From an uncultured Chloroflexia bacterium (lineage in GTDB: Bacteria > Chloroflexota > Anaerolineae > CG2-30-64-16): 64,000 bases of DNA. The stretch lies in contig CAWEMM010000011.1 in assembly GCA_963810095.1 (NCBI GenBank), positions 256,001 to 320,000 of the forward strand, read 5' to 3'. The notes under the pieces are model-generated. The model was not told the origin of the DNA and ran no database searches. It saw only the letters and a program-made list of their open reading frames with translations. Each line of letters begins with the position of its first letter. The stretch's first letter is position 1. Shown piece by piece: positions 40,429 to 50,175 of the stretch. A program made the position numbers and the translations under genes.

Positions 40429-41467
40429 GTCCAGCGCCGGGATCGTCAGCGTAGGCATGTATGTGCCGGAGCCCGTGATGACGGCGGCCGACATCGCCGC
40501 GGCCAGTGGGATCGAAGAGTGGGTGGTGCGCGAGAAGTTCGGCATCACGCAGAAGCACGTGCCCGGCCCCGACGACCACACCAATGCGATGGCCGTGCGG
40601 GCCGCGCTCGACTGCCTCGCACACGCGGACATAAAGCCCGAGGACATCGACGTCGTCCTGTGCACGACGGAAGAGTGGAAAGAGTACCTGCTTTGGACCG
40701 CCGGCATCAAGCTGGCGTACGAAATCGGCGCAACGCGGGCGTGGGCCATCGACGTACAGATGCGCTGTGGGACGACCATCGCCGCCATGAAGATGGCGAA
40801 GGACATGATGCTGGCCGACGAGGAGATCCGGACTGTGCTCATCGCCGGAGGCTACCGCAACGGGGACCTCATCAATTACCGAAACCACCGCACGTCGTTC
40901 ATGTTCAACCTTGCAGCCGGCGCCGGCGCGATGCTGCTGCAGCGAGGGTATCCCCGCAACCGGGTCTTGGGCAGCCACCTGATGACCGACGGCTACATGA
41001 GCGAGCACGTTGTCGTGCCCGCCAGCGGTACCAAGCGCTTTCCCACCGATGCGGCCGTGGCAGAGGGCCTGTTTTACCTGGACCTCGTCGAGCCGGAAGC
41101 CATGAAGAGCCGGCTGAACGCGGTTTCGATGGACAACTGGATGCACTGCGTGGACGAGGCGCTGCGCAAGTCTGGGTCCAAGCCCGACGGCGCGGGCGGA
41201 ACCCGCTCCTACACCCGGGCCGACATCGGCTACCTCAACGTCCTGCACATGAAGCCATCGGCGCACAAGGACATGCTCCAGCGACTGGGGCTGACCGAAG
41301 AACAGTCCGTCTACCTTTCAGACTACGGCCACATCGGGCAGCAGGATGCCATGGTTTCGATCGTCGAGGGTCTGCGGCAGGGCCGGCTCAAGGACGGCGA
41401 CCTGATGGTCATCGTCGCAGCCGGCATTGGCTACACCTGGGGCGCGGGGTGCGTGCAGTGGGGGTAG
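40421..41467 (+). CDS. 3-oxoacyl-ACP synthase III-like protein (non-canonical Cys-His-His)
   Basis: FabH fold motifs; MRCGTT, VLHMK, YGHIGQ and AAGIGYTWG. Confidence 0.88.
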   Translation: MSESSAGIVSVGMYVPEPVMTAADIAAASGIEEWVVREKFGITQKHVPGPDDHTNAMAVRAALDCLAHADIKPEDIDVVLCTTEEWKEYLLWTAGIKLAYEIGATRAWAIDVQMRCGTTIAAMKMAKDMMLADEEIRTVLIAGGYRNGDLINYRNHRTSFMFNLAAGAGAMLLQRGYPRNRVLGSHLMTDGYMSEHVVVPASGTKRFPTDAAVAEGLFYLDLVEPEAMKSRLNAVSMDNWMHCVDEALRKSGSKPDGAGGTRSYTRADIGYLNVLHMKPSAHKDMLQRLGLTEEQSVYLSDYGHIGQQDAMVSIVEGLRQGRLKDGDLMVIVAAGIGYTWGAGCVQWG

Positions 41468-41563
41468 AATAGCCCGGAGATCCAGCTGATTGAACTGATC
41501 TCGGCGATCTATTTTGGAAAGGATCATGGGGATCAGTCTGGTCAGTCAAATCAGCGTCCCATT
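41468..41563. repeat. CTGAT/ATCAG palindrome family (copy 2)
   Basis: GATCCAGCTGATTGAACTGATC...GATCAGTCTGGTCAGTCAAATCAGCG. Confidence 0.65.
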
Positions 41564-41575
41564 AAGGAGTGTCTT

Positions 41576-42379
41576 ATGCCGACGATTTGCGTGAACGACA
41601 TCGACCTCTACTATGAGCTTTACGGCGACGGCGAGCCGCTCGTGCTCATCTCGGGGCTCGGGTATGGGCTTTGGCAGTGGCACAAGATGATCCCCTTCCT
41701 GGCCGGGCGGCGGCAGGTCATCGCCTTCGATAACCGCGGCGCAGGGCAAACGGCGAAGCCCGCTGGCCCCTACACCGCACCCATGCTCGCCGAGGACACG
41801 GCCCGCCTGATCGAGGAAGTGGTCGGTGGGCCGGCGGCAGTCATGGGCCACTCGATGGGCGGCTTCATCGCCCAGCAGCTTGCGCTGGCCCGGCCCGACC
41901 TGGTCAGCAAGCTCATCCTGGCCTCGACCAACTTCGGCGGCCCCAATGCCGCGCCGGTAACGCCCGAGGCCCTGGCCGCCATGCTGGATCGTTCGGGCGA
42001 CCCGGCCGACGTCGTGCGCCGGGGGGTCGGCATCGCCACCGCGCCCGGTTTTATCGACGCGCATCCTGACGTTCTCGCCGAGCTGATGAACTACCGGTTC
42101 ACGAACCCCGTGCCGCCCGAGGCCTACCAGGCCCAGATGGCGATCGGACTCGGACTGCTTTCGCCCGCGGCCGCTTTCGAGGGGAAGCTCGGCGCGGTCC
42201 GGGTTCCCACGCTCATCCTGTTCGGCGCGCACGACAACGTCGTGCCGCCCGCCAATGCCCGTCTGCTTGCCGCTCAGCTGCCGCAAAGCAAAATCGTGAT
42301 CCTGCCCGGCGCAGGCCACATGTTCCCGATTGAAGCGCCGGAAGAGGCTGCGCAGTCCGTATTGGAGTTCCTGGGATGA
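41576..42379 (+). CDS. Alpha/beta hydrolase
   Basis: FDNRGAG, GHSMGG, GAHD and AGH; TAAGGAG SD. Confidence 0.92.
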   Translation: MPTICVNDIDLYYELYGDGEPLVLISGLGYGLWQWHKMIPFLAGRRQVIAFDNRGAGQTAKPAGPYTAPMLAEDTARLIEEVVGGPAAVMGHSMGGFIAQQLALARPDLVSKLILASTNFGGPNAAPVTPEALAAMLDRSGDPADVVRRGVGIATAPGFIDAHPDVLAELMNYRFTNPVPPEAYQAQMAIGLGLLSPAAAFEGKLGAVRVPTLILFGAHDNVVPPANARLLAAQLPQSKIVILPGAGHMFPIEAPEEAAQSVLEFLG

Positions 42380-43432
42380 CGGGCAACGAAGCCGCACGCC
42401 ACCAACCAGCACGCTATGCCCAGATCCTCGCGACCGGCCGCTACGTGCCCGAACGGGTGATGACCAACGCGGAGTTTGAGCCGCTGGTGGGTAAGCCCGT
42501 CGACCAGTGGCTCGTCGAGAAGGTCGGCATCCGCGAGCGACATGTCATGGCGGACGACCAGGCAACGTCGGATCTCATCGTGCCCGCCTGCCGGCAAGCA
42601 TTGGAACGCGCGGGGCTCGAGCCGGCGGACGTGGACCTGATCGTCGTCGCGACCGACACGCCCGACTACATCAGCCCGGCCACAGCTTCGGTGGTGCAGG
42701 CGAAGCTCGGGGCGGACCAGGCGGGGACCTACGACGTCAATTGCGCATGTGCGGCGTGGGTGACAGGGCTGGACGCGGCTGCGCGCATGATCGCGACGGA
42801 CCCGGACGTGAACCGGGTGTTGGTTGCGGGTGCGTACGGCATGACCAAGTTCCTGGATTGGCACGACATCTACACGGCAACCCTGTTTGCCGACGGCGCG
42901 GGCGCGGTGGTGCTTGGGGCCGGCGCCGAGCCGGGTTTCGTCGCCGGCAAACTCGTCGGCGCAGGCGACTATCACGACGCGCTCGGCATCTACTCCGGGC
43001 GGCACCTACCGCCCCGTCACCGACGCCAGCATGGCCGAACACGGACGGCCGCGGGTGCAGTTCGTCAAGAAGTTCCCGGCGACGTTCAACAGCGAGAACT
43101 GGCCGCAGTTGGTCAATGACGTCTGCCGCAAGGCCGGGTGGACGGTGGACGAGGTCGATTTCTTCCTGTTCACCCAGCTGAACCTGAGGACGATCGAGGA
43201 CGTGATGCAGCGGCTCGGCCAGCCCATGAGCAAGACCCACTGGATCATGGACAAGTGGGGGTACACCGGCTCCGCCTGCATCCCGATGGCCCTGGACGAC
43301 GCGGTGGAGCAGGGCAAGCTAAGCCCGGGCATGAAGGTGGTTTTCTGCGCCACGGGCGGCGGCATGGCCATGGCCTGTGATGCGTGGGTGTGGACGAGCG
43401 AGCTGGCATGGCACCCTGATCCAACTGATTGA
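42376..43432 (+). CDS. 3-oxoacyl-ACP synthase III-like protein lacking the canonical His and Asn (frameshift near 42995)
   Basis: GIRERH, ATDTPD, DVNCACAA, LFADGAGA, FTQLN and WGYTGSA. Confidence 0.88.
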
Positions 43433-43500
43433 ACTGGTGTTCCTGATGCACCGTGGAAGAATCAGGTAAATCAGTCCGATCTGTTCAATCTGCGTGCTAT
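43408..43500. repeat. CTGAT/ATCAG palindrome family (copy 3), overlapping the KAS III stop
   Basis: ATGGCACCCTGATCCAACTGATTGAACTGG...ATCAGTCCGATCTGTTCAATCTGCGTGCTAT. Confidence 0.7.
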
Positions 43501-43521
43501 TTCCTCCCCGGAGGGCGTGAT

Positions 43522-45066
43522 ATGTACATCGGGGACTATCTCGGGCGGCGAGAGATTTACAGCCCGGAAAAGATCGCCATTATCGACGCGGGCAAGCCCG
43601 GCGAGCCGCAGTATACCTATCGCCAGATGAACGAGCGCGCGAATCGCCTCGCGAATTACCTGCGCGACGAGGTCGGCGTCGGCAAGGGTGACCGGGTGGG
43701 CATCTTTGCCCGCGATGGCATCGAGCACCTGGACCTCTTCTTCGCCCTGTCGAAACTCGGTGCGATTCACGTCGCGTTCAACTGGCGCCTCCACCCCCAG
43801 GAGCTATGCCGCCTCGCCGAGCTGACGACGCCCAAGGCCCTCGTCTTCTCCGACGACTTCCGCCCCACGATCGCGCAGCTCCAAGCCAACCCTGCCTCGG
43901 GCACGATCACGCGCTACCTGCACATTGACGGGGAGGGCATCCCCGGGAGCAGCTTATTTGCAGAGGCGCGCGACGCTTCGTCCGGCAGTCCCGTCACTTG
44001 CGAAACCCTTGAGGCCGAGAATATCGCCGCGCTGCTCTTCACCGGGGGCACAACCGGGCTGCCGAAGGGCGCGGAGATCAGCCACCGCCAGATCGCCTGG
44101 AACACGCTCAACACAGTGATTCACGACGTGACGCACAACGACGTGTACCTAAACGTCTTCCCCATGTTTCATACCGGCGGCTTGTTTGTGTACACGCTGC
44201 CGCAGGTCATCTTCGGCGGCACGACCATCCTCACCCGCCAGTTTGATCCGGGGCAGGTGCTCGACTTGATCGGGCGGTACAGGGTGACCGTGTTTGGCGG
44301 CGTGCCGACGATGTACCAGATGATGACGCAGGCGCCCAACTGGGAAACGGCCGATTTATCCAGCCTCCGGTTTTGCACTTCGGGAGGCGCACCACTGCCG
44401 GTGCCGTTGGTTCAGAAGTACACTGCCGAGAAAAGCATTCGCTTCAAGCAGGGCTTCGGGATGACCGAGTTTGGACCGGGCATTTTCGCACTGGCGCCGG
44501 AGGATGCTTTGCGAAAGGCCGGTTCGATCGGCCGGCCGAACTTCTACGTAGATGCTCGCATCGTGGACGAAGACAACCGTGCCTTGCCTCCCTTGCAGGT
44601 CGGCGAGCTGGTGCTAAAGGGACCGAGTTACTGCTCAGGCTATTGGGCGAACCCGGACGCCACTGCGGGAGCGGTAGACACGGAGGGCTGGTTCCACACG
44701 GGTGACGCGGCCTATTGCGACGAGGAGTGGTACTTCTTCATCGTCGACCGAATCAAGGACATGTTCATCTCGGGCGGTGAGAATGTGTACCCGGCCGAGA
44801 TCGAAGCGGTGCTTTACCGGCACCCGGCCGTCCACATGTGCGCGGTCGTCGGCGTGCCCGACCCTAAGTGGGGGGAAGTCGGCGTCGCGTGCGTTATCGG
44901 GAAGCCGGGGGCAACTGCCAGCGCAGAGGACCTGCTGAGCTTCCTGTCCGAGAACCTCGCCCGGTACAAGGTGCCCAGGCGGGTAGAGTTTGTCCAGGCG
45001 CTGCCTATTTCGGCGGCCGGCAAGATCCTCAAGCGTGAACTGAGAGAACAGCTGCTGCATTCGTAG
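43522..45066 (+). CDS. Acyl-CoA synthetase (AMP-forming) 1
   Basis: FTGGTTGLPKG, GFGMTE, HTGD, SGGENVYPAE and AAGKILK. Confidence 0.93.
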   Translation: MYIGDYLGRREIYSPEKIAIIDAGKPGEPQYTYRQMNERANRLANYLRDEVGVGKGDRVGIFARDGIEHLDLFFALSKLGAIHVAFNWRLHPQELCRLAELTTPKALVFSDDFRPTIAQLQANPASGTITRYLHIDGEGIPGSSLFAEARDASSGSPVTCETLEAENIAALLFTGGTTGLPKGAEISHRQIAWNTLNTVIHDVTHNDVYLNVFPMFHTGGLFVYTLPQVIFGGTTILTRQFDPGQVLDLIGRYRVTVFGGVPTMYQMMTQAPNWETADLSSLRFCTSGGAPLPVPLVQKYTAEKSIRFKQGFGMTEFGPGIFALAPEDALRKAGSIGRPNFYVDARIVDEDNRALPPLQVGELVLKGPSYCSGYWANPDATAGAVDTEGWFHTGDAAYCDEEWYFFIVDRIKDMFISGGENVYPAEIEAVLYRHPAVHMCAVVGVPDPKWGEVGVACVIGKPGATASAEDLLSFLSENLARYKVPRRVEFVQALPISAAGKILKRELREQLLHS

Positions 45067-45097
45067 CCCATACTCCGAGAGACAAAGGAGCGTTGAC

Positions 45098-46162
45098 ATG
45101 AATGATGACATCCCAACCTTGCTCGGCATCACATCCACCTTCGTCGACACGCCGCGGCTGCGCACGCACGTCCTCTCGTGTGGCCCGACGAGCGGCGTTC
45201 CGATCGTCTTCATCCACGGCAACTTCTCCGCCGCGACTTACTGGGAAGAGCTGATGCTGGCCCTGGCCGAGCGCGGCTTCCGCTGCGTCGCGCCCGACCT
45301 GCGCGGCTACGGCTGGAGCGAAGATAAGCTGATCGACGCAACGCGCGGTTATCGCGACTGGAGCGACGACCTGCACGCACTCGTGACCGCGCTGGCCCTG
45401 CCCCCCTTCCATCTTGTTGGTTGGTCTGCGGGAGGCGGGGTTGTGTATCGCTACCTGGCGGATCACCCCGCCAACCTGCTCAGCGTCACGCTCCAGGCCC
45501 CGGTCAGCCCGTACGGCTTTGGCGGCTCGAAGGGGCTCGATGGAACGCCCTGCTACGCCGACTTCGCCGGCTCGGGTGGGGGCGTGGTCAACCCGGTCTT
45601 CGTCCAGCGCATCCAGATGGGCGACCGCACGGCCGACGACCCGAATTCGCCCCGCAACGTAATCGCCGCGTTCTATTACGCGCCGGGTTTCGTCTCCGAG
45701 CGGATGGAGGACTACCTGACCGCCGCGCTCCAGGAAAAGACAGGGCCCGAGCGCTACCCGGGCGACTTCGTACCGTCGCCCAACTGGCCCAACGTGGCGC
45801 CCGGTGTGCTGGGGCCGGTCAACTGCTGGTCGCCCAAATACCTGGCCGAAGATGCACCCGACGTCCTGGCCGCGGAGCCCAAGCCGCCGGTCCTGTGGAT
45901 CCACGGCGACAAGGACCTGATCGTGGGCGACATGTCGATGTTCGATTTCGGCGCGCTGGGCAAGTTGGGCTACGTTCCCGGCTGGCCCGGCGACGAAGTG
46001 TACCCGCCACAGCCGATGGTCGGCCAGACGCGCGCTTTCCTCGAGCGTTATGCGGCGGCGGGCGGACACTTTCAGGAAGTCGTGATCGAGAACACCGGTC
46101 ACTCGCCCCACATCGAGAACCCGCAGGAATGGCTGAATGCGTTCCTGGAGATGGTGGGATAG
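45098..46162 (+). CDS. Alpha/beta hydrolase (esterase/depolymerase-like)
   Basis: IHGN oxyanion motif, DLRGYG, GWSAGG nucleophile elbow, GDKD and GHSPH. Confidence 0.9.
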   Translation: MNDDIPTLLGITSTFVDTPRLRTHVLSCGPTSGVPIVFIHGNFSAATYWEELMLALAERGFRCVAPDLRGYGWSEDKLIDATRGYRDWSDDLHALVTALALPPFHLVGWSAGGGVVYRYLADHPANLLSVTLQAPVSPYGFGGSKGLDGTPCYADFAGSGGGVVNPVFVQRIQMGDRTADDPNSPRNVIAAFYYAPGFVSERMEDYLTAALQEKTGPERYPGDFVPSPNWPNVAPGVLGPVNCWSPKYLAEDAPDVLAAEPKPPVLWIHGDKDLIVGDMSMFDFGALGKLGYVPGWPGDEVYPPQPMVGQTRAFLERYAAAGGHFQEVVIENTGHSPHIENPQEWLNAFLEMVG

Positions 46163-46215
46163 GCGGGGCCAACAGGTCCACCGCACCGCCCGTAACCGTG
46201 AATTGGAGTGGAGTG

Positions 46216-47274
46216 ATGCAGCGAGAACCGAAGATGACGTTGAGCCAGATAGAAGCAATGCGTTCTGGGGCCCGCACCGCCGTTCGCACGTGCATGGGCG
46301 TGGGTCCGGCCGACCGGGTGTTTGTGCTGACCGATCGTGTCACGAACACGATCGGCCGGTTGTTGAGCGAAGAAGCGGACGAGGCCGGTGCGCAGGCAGT
46401 CATATACGACCTGGAGCACTTTGGCCCGCGGCCCATGACCGAGTTTCCCGACAACCTGCGCCGCGAACTATTGAACTACCGGCCGACGGTCACGTTCTAC
46501 GCTGCGGCAAGCCAGCCGGGCGAACTGCCGTTCCGCATGGCGCTCCGGGTGTTCCTCGTGCAGGACCTGAAGGTGCGGCACGGACACATGCCCGGGGTGA
46601 CGCCCCAGCTGATGGTGGAAGGTATGCGCGCGGACTATAAGGTTGTCGCCGCGCTGACCCGCGCCGTGTATGACCTGGGCCGGGAGACACGCACCATCCA
46701 CGTCACGACGCCGGATGGCACCGACCTGACCGCGCTGATCAGCCCCCGCCTGCGATGGGTGCCGTCGACCGGCATCTACCACGAACAGGGCCAGTGGGGC
46801 AACCTGCCCGAGGGCGAGACGTTCACCTGCCCTGAAACGCTCGACGGACGGCTCGTCGCCCATATCCTCGGAGATTACTTTAGCGAGAAGTACGGCGTCC
46901 TGGAGCACCCGGTGATCTTCCACCTGGCAGACGGCCGCGTCACGGCGATCGAGAGCCAGAATCGCGACGTCGCCATCGAGGTCACTGAGTACCTGGACTC
47001 TTCTGAGAACGGCCGCCGGGCTGGCGAATTTGCCATTGGCACCAACGTCGGGCTGAAGAAGCTCATTGGCAACCTGCTGCAAGACGAGAAGCTGCCTGGC
47101 ATTCACGTCGCGTTCGGCAATCCCTACCCCCACGAGACGGGGGCTGACTGGACGTCCAACGTCCACGTCGACGTGATCCCGATCAACTGCACCATCACGA
47201 TGGACGGCCAGACGGTGATGCAGGATGGCCGTTTCGACTACGAACTGCTGGGGGTCTCACCCAGCGGACGCTGA
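46216..47274 (+). CDS. Aminopeptidase, M29/aminopeptidase T-like
   Basis: GHMPG, NLPEGETF, GEFAIGTN, QDEK..GIHVAFG and HVD. Confidence 0.85.
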   Translation: MQREPKMTLSQIEAMRSGARTAVRTCMGVGPADRVFVLTDRVTNTIGRLLSEEADEAGAQAVIYDLEHFGPRPMTEFPDNLRRELLNYRPTVTFYAAASQPGELPFRMALRVFLVQDLKVRHGHMPGVTPQLMVEGMRADYKVVAALTRAVYDLGRETRTIHVTTPDGTDLTALISPRLRWVPSTGIYHEQGQWGNLPEGETFTCPETLDGRLVAHILGDYFSEKYGVLEHPVIFHLADGRVTAIESQNRDVAIEVTEYLDSSENGRRAGEFAIGTNVGLKKLIGNLLQDEKLPGIHVAFGNPYPHETGADWTSNVHVDVIPINCTITMDGQTVMQDGRFDYELLGVSPSGR

Positions 47275-47305
47275 CGCGCACGCGGAACCGCAAGGAATGT
47301 GAGCC

Positions 47306-48857
47306 ATGTTCATCGGCGACTGGCTCGGCCGGCGAGCCAACCTGACACCGGACAAGGTCGCACTCATCGACGCTACGGGCGCCGCCGAGCGCAGCATCAC
47401 GTATGCAGAGTGGCACCGCCAGGCCTTGCGCACGCAGCACTTCCTGGTTGACGAGCTGGGCGTGACCAAGGGCGACCGGGTGGCAGTGCTTGCCGCAAAC
47501 AGCGTCGAGTATCTGGATGTATGGTTTGCCCTGGGCAAGCAGGGGGCCATCCTCCAGAATCTCAACTGGCGGCTGGCCGTGCCCGAGCTCGAGCGCGTCT
47601 TGCTGGATGCGGAGCCGGTCGGCACTGATCTACTCGTCTGAGTTCGGCGGACAGGTGGACGAGCTGCGGGGCCGAGTGCCCTCGATTCGTCACTGGATTG
47701 CGTTCGACCGGCCCAACCGCGATGACATGCTCTTCGGCCGCCGCGAGCTGCACCCCGACACGCCGCTCCCAGACGTAGAGCTCGCCTGGGACGATCCGTG
47801 GGTGCTGTGCTACACGGGCGGCACGACCGGATTACCCAAGGGCGCCGTGCTCACCCACGGCAGCATGGCCGCCAATTCGATCAACACCGTCATGAGCTGG
47901 GGCGTGACCCCAGACGACGTCGTACCGCTGATTAGCCCGCTCTTCCATACGGGTGGACTCAACGTCTTCACCCTGCCCCTCGTCCACATCGGCGGTACGA
48001 CGGTCGTCACCCGGGGGTGGAACACGGACCAGATGTACGACCTGGTCGCGCGCCGCGCAATCACGCTTTTCTTCGCCGTGCCGACCATGTTCGTCATGCT
48101 CCAATCGGACCCGCGCTGGGAGAGCACGGACTTCACCTACCTGAAATACGTCATCAACGGCGGTGCACCCTGCCCACTGCCCATCTTCGAGAAGTGGTGG
48201 GCGAAGGGCGTGCCGTTCAAGACGGGGTACGGCTTGACGGAGGCGGGGCCGAATACGTTCTGGCTCCCCGAAGCGGACGTGAAGCGAAAGCCCGGTTCGG
48301 TCGGCCACCCGCTGTTCCACGTCGACGTGCAGGTTGTCGACCCCGACTCCGAGCGGCCGTGCAGCCCGGGGGAGGTCGGCGAGCTGCTGATCAGGGGCCC
48401 GCACGTCTGCCGCGGCTACTGGCGCAACCCCGAGGCGACCGCGGCGGCGTTCCGCCCCGCGAAGGGCGACCCCGATGGGCCAACATGGCTGCACACGGGC
48501 GACCTGGCGCGCTGCGACGAGGAGGGTTTCTACTACATTGTCGGGCGCTGCAAAGATATGATTATCTCGGGCGGTGAGAACATCTACCCTGCCGAGGTGG
48601 AGAGCGCCATGCACGCGCACCCGGCGGTCGCGTCAGCTGCCCTCATCGGCGTGCCCGACGAGAAGTGGGGGGAGGTCGGCAAGGCGTTCGTCGAGCTCAG
48701 GCCGGGCGCAAAGCTCGAGGAGGCCGAGCTGCTCGACTTCCTGCGCGGCCGGCTCGCGCGCTACAAGGTGCCAAAGTCGGTCGTCTTTGTTGCCGCGATG
48801 CCCGTGACGGCCGCCGGCAAAATCGATAAGCAGGAACTGGCCCGCTCGTTCGCCTGA
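47306..48857 (+). CDS. Acyl-CoA synthetase (AMP-forming) 2 (frameshift near 47620)
   Basis: YTGGTTGLPKG, GYGLTE, HTGD and SGGENIYPAE. Confidence 0.92.
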
Positions 48858-48860
48858 GCC

Positions 48861-49548
48861 ATGCAGATGGAAGCACTGGAAGCCATTGCCACCCGCCACG
48901 GCGTGCTGCGTTACCGGCCCGACCCGGTTGAGCCGGACAAGATCCAGGCGGTGCTGGAGGCTGCGATCGCGGCCCCCAGCCCGGCCAACCTGCAGCCTTG
49001 GGCCTTCGTGGTCGTTACAGACCCCGGGGCGTGCAGACCAATTGCGCGCTACCTGGTCGACGTGCAGGAGCAGCGGGTGTTCCGCGAAATGCTGGGGATG
49101 CCAGCCGGCTCCACCGAACGGCTCATGGGCTTGTACGAGTCGTTCGACCGTGCGCCGTGCTTCATCCTGCTGTGCCTCGAGCAGAAGGCGTCGTTCGCCC
49201 GGCCCGAGCACGAGGGCGTGCTGCGGCAGTGGCACCTGGTGAGCCTGGGCGCGGCCATGCAGAGCCTGATGATCGCCGCAACCGCGCTCAGGATTGGGCA
49301 CGCGCTGGTTTGGCGGTTTCGCGCTGGACGACGGCGGCGGGCCCTTGAAGGAGATGCTTGGCATCCCTCCGGCGGTCGAGATAGTGGCCGCCACGCCGCT
49401 GGGTTACCACGACGAGCCACCCAAGCCCAGACCCGGGCAGGCCCGGGAGGATATCGCCGGGTTCGCCCGGGGCGACAGCCGGGCCCTGGGCCGCTTGCTG
49501 AGGGGCAAGCTGCCGCTGGCCGAGGTCGTCCATTACGGGAAGTGGTGA
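48861..49548 (+). CDS. Nitroreductase family protein (frameshift near 49290)
   Basis: APSPANLQPW, LMIAATA/GTRW and PLGY. Confidence 0.85.
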
Positions 49549-49585
49549 AGTGACCAGCCGGCGCCCGGCTGGGGGTAGGTCTTTG

Positions 49586-50127
49586 TTGGGGGCCGGTCCC
49601 CAACGCCCCCGCCGGGGGGCTGCGCCCCCTCGACCCCCAAAGAGGTTAGGGGGAAGGATCATCCGCCGAACGATTCCTGCGGCCTGGATGGGCGGCGGGG
49701 CCAACAGAAACGAGCTCGCACAGAACTGGCATTGCGGGGTTCGCGATCCAATCGGTCCCGAGGCCGTGGAGGCCTGGTATGCGCGAAGCATGAGGCACGC
49801 CAGGAGCGTAGCATTTGGGGGTCTCGGGGGCAGCGGCCCCCGAGGCGGGGGCGGCGGGGGCCAGCCGGCCCTCGCCAAACAATCGAAGCACCTTATGCCA
49901 GGCTGACAGAAACGAACTCGCACGGAACTGGCATGGCGGGATGCACAATCCAATTGGTCCCAAGGCCCTGGAGGCCTGGTATGCGCGAAGCATGAGGCAC
50001 GCCAGGAGCGTAGCAATTGGGGGTCTCGGGGGCGAGGCCCCCGAGGCGGGGGCGGCGGGGGCCAGCCGGCCCTCGCCACAACGATGATAGGTCCCAGGAC
50101 GCGGGCCAGCCGGCCCTCGCCAAAACG
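49586..50127. repeat. Structured element cluster: inverted terminal motif (49586-49641), two direct copies of about 175 bp (49704-49877, 49906-50078) and a partial third end
   Basis: Both copies share TGGAGGCCTGGTATGCGCGAAGCATGAGGCACGCCAGGAGCGTAGCA and CCCCCGAGGCGGGGGCGGCGGGGGCCAGCCGGCCCTCGCCA; period about 202 bp. Confidence 0.85.
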
Positions 50128-50175
50128 ACGCAATCGACATCCGGGCGATGATGCTCACCTCAGAGAGGAGCAGGG

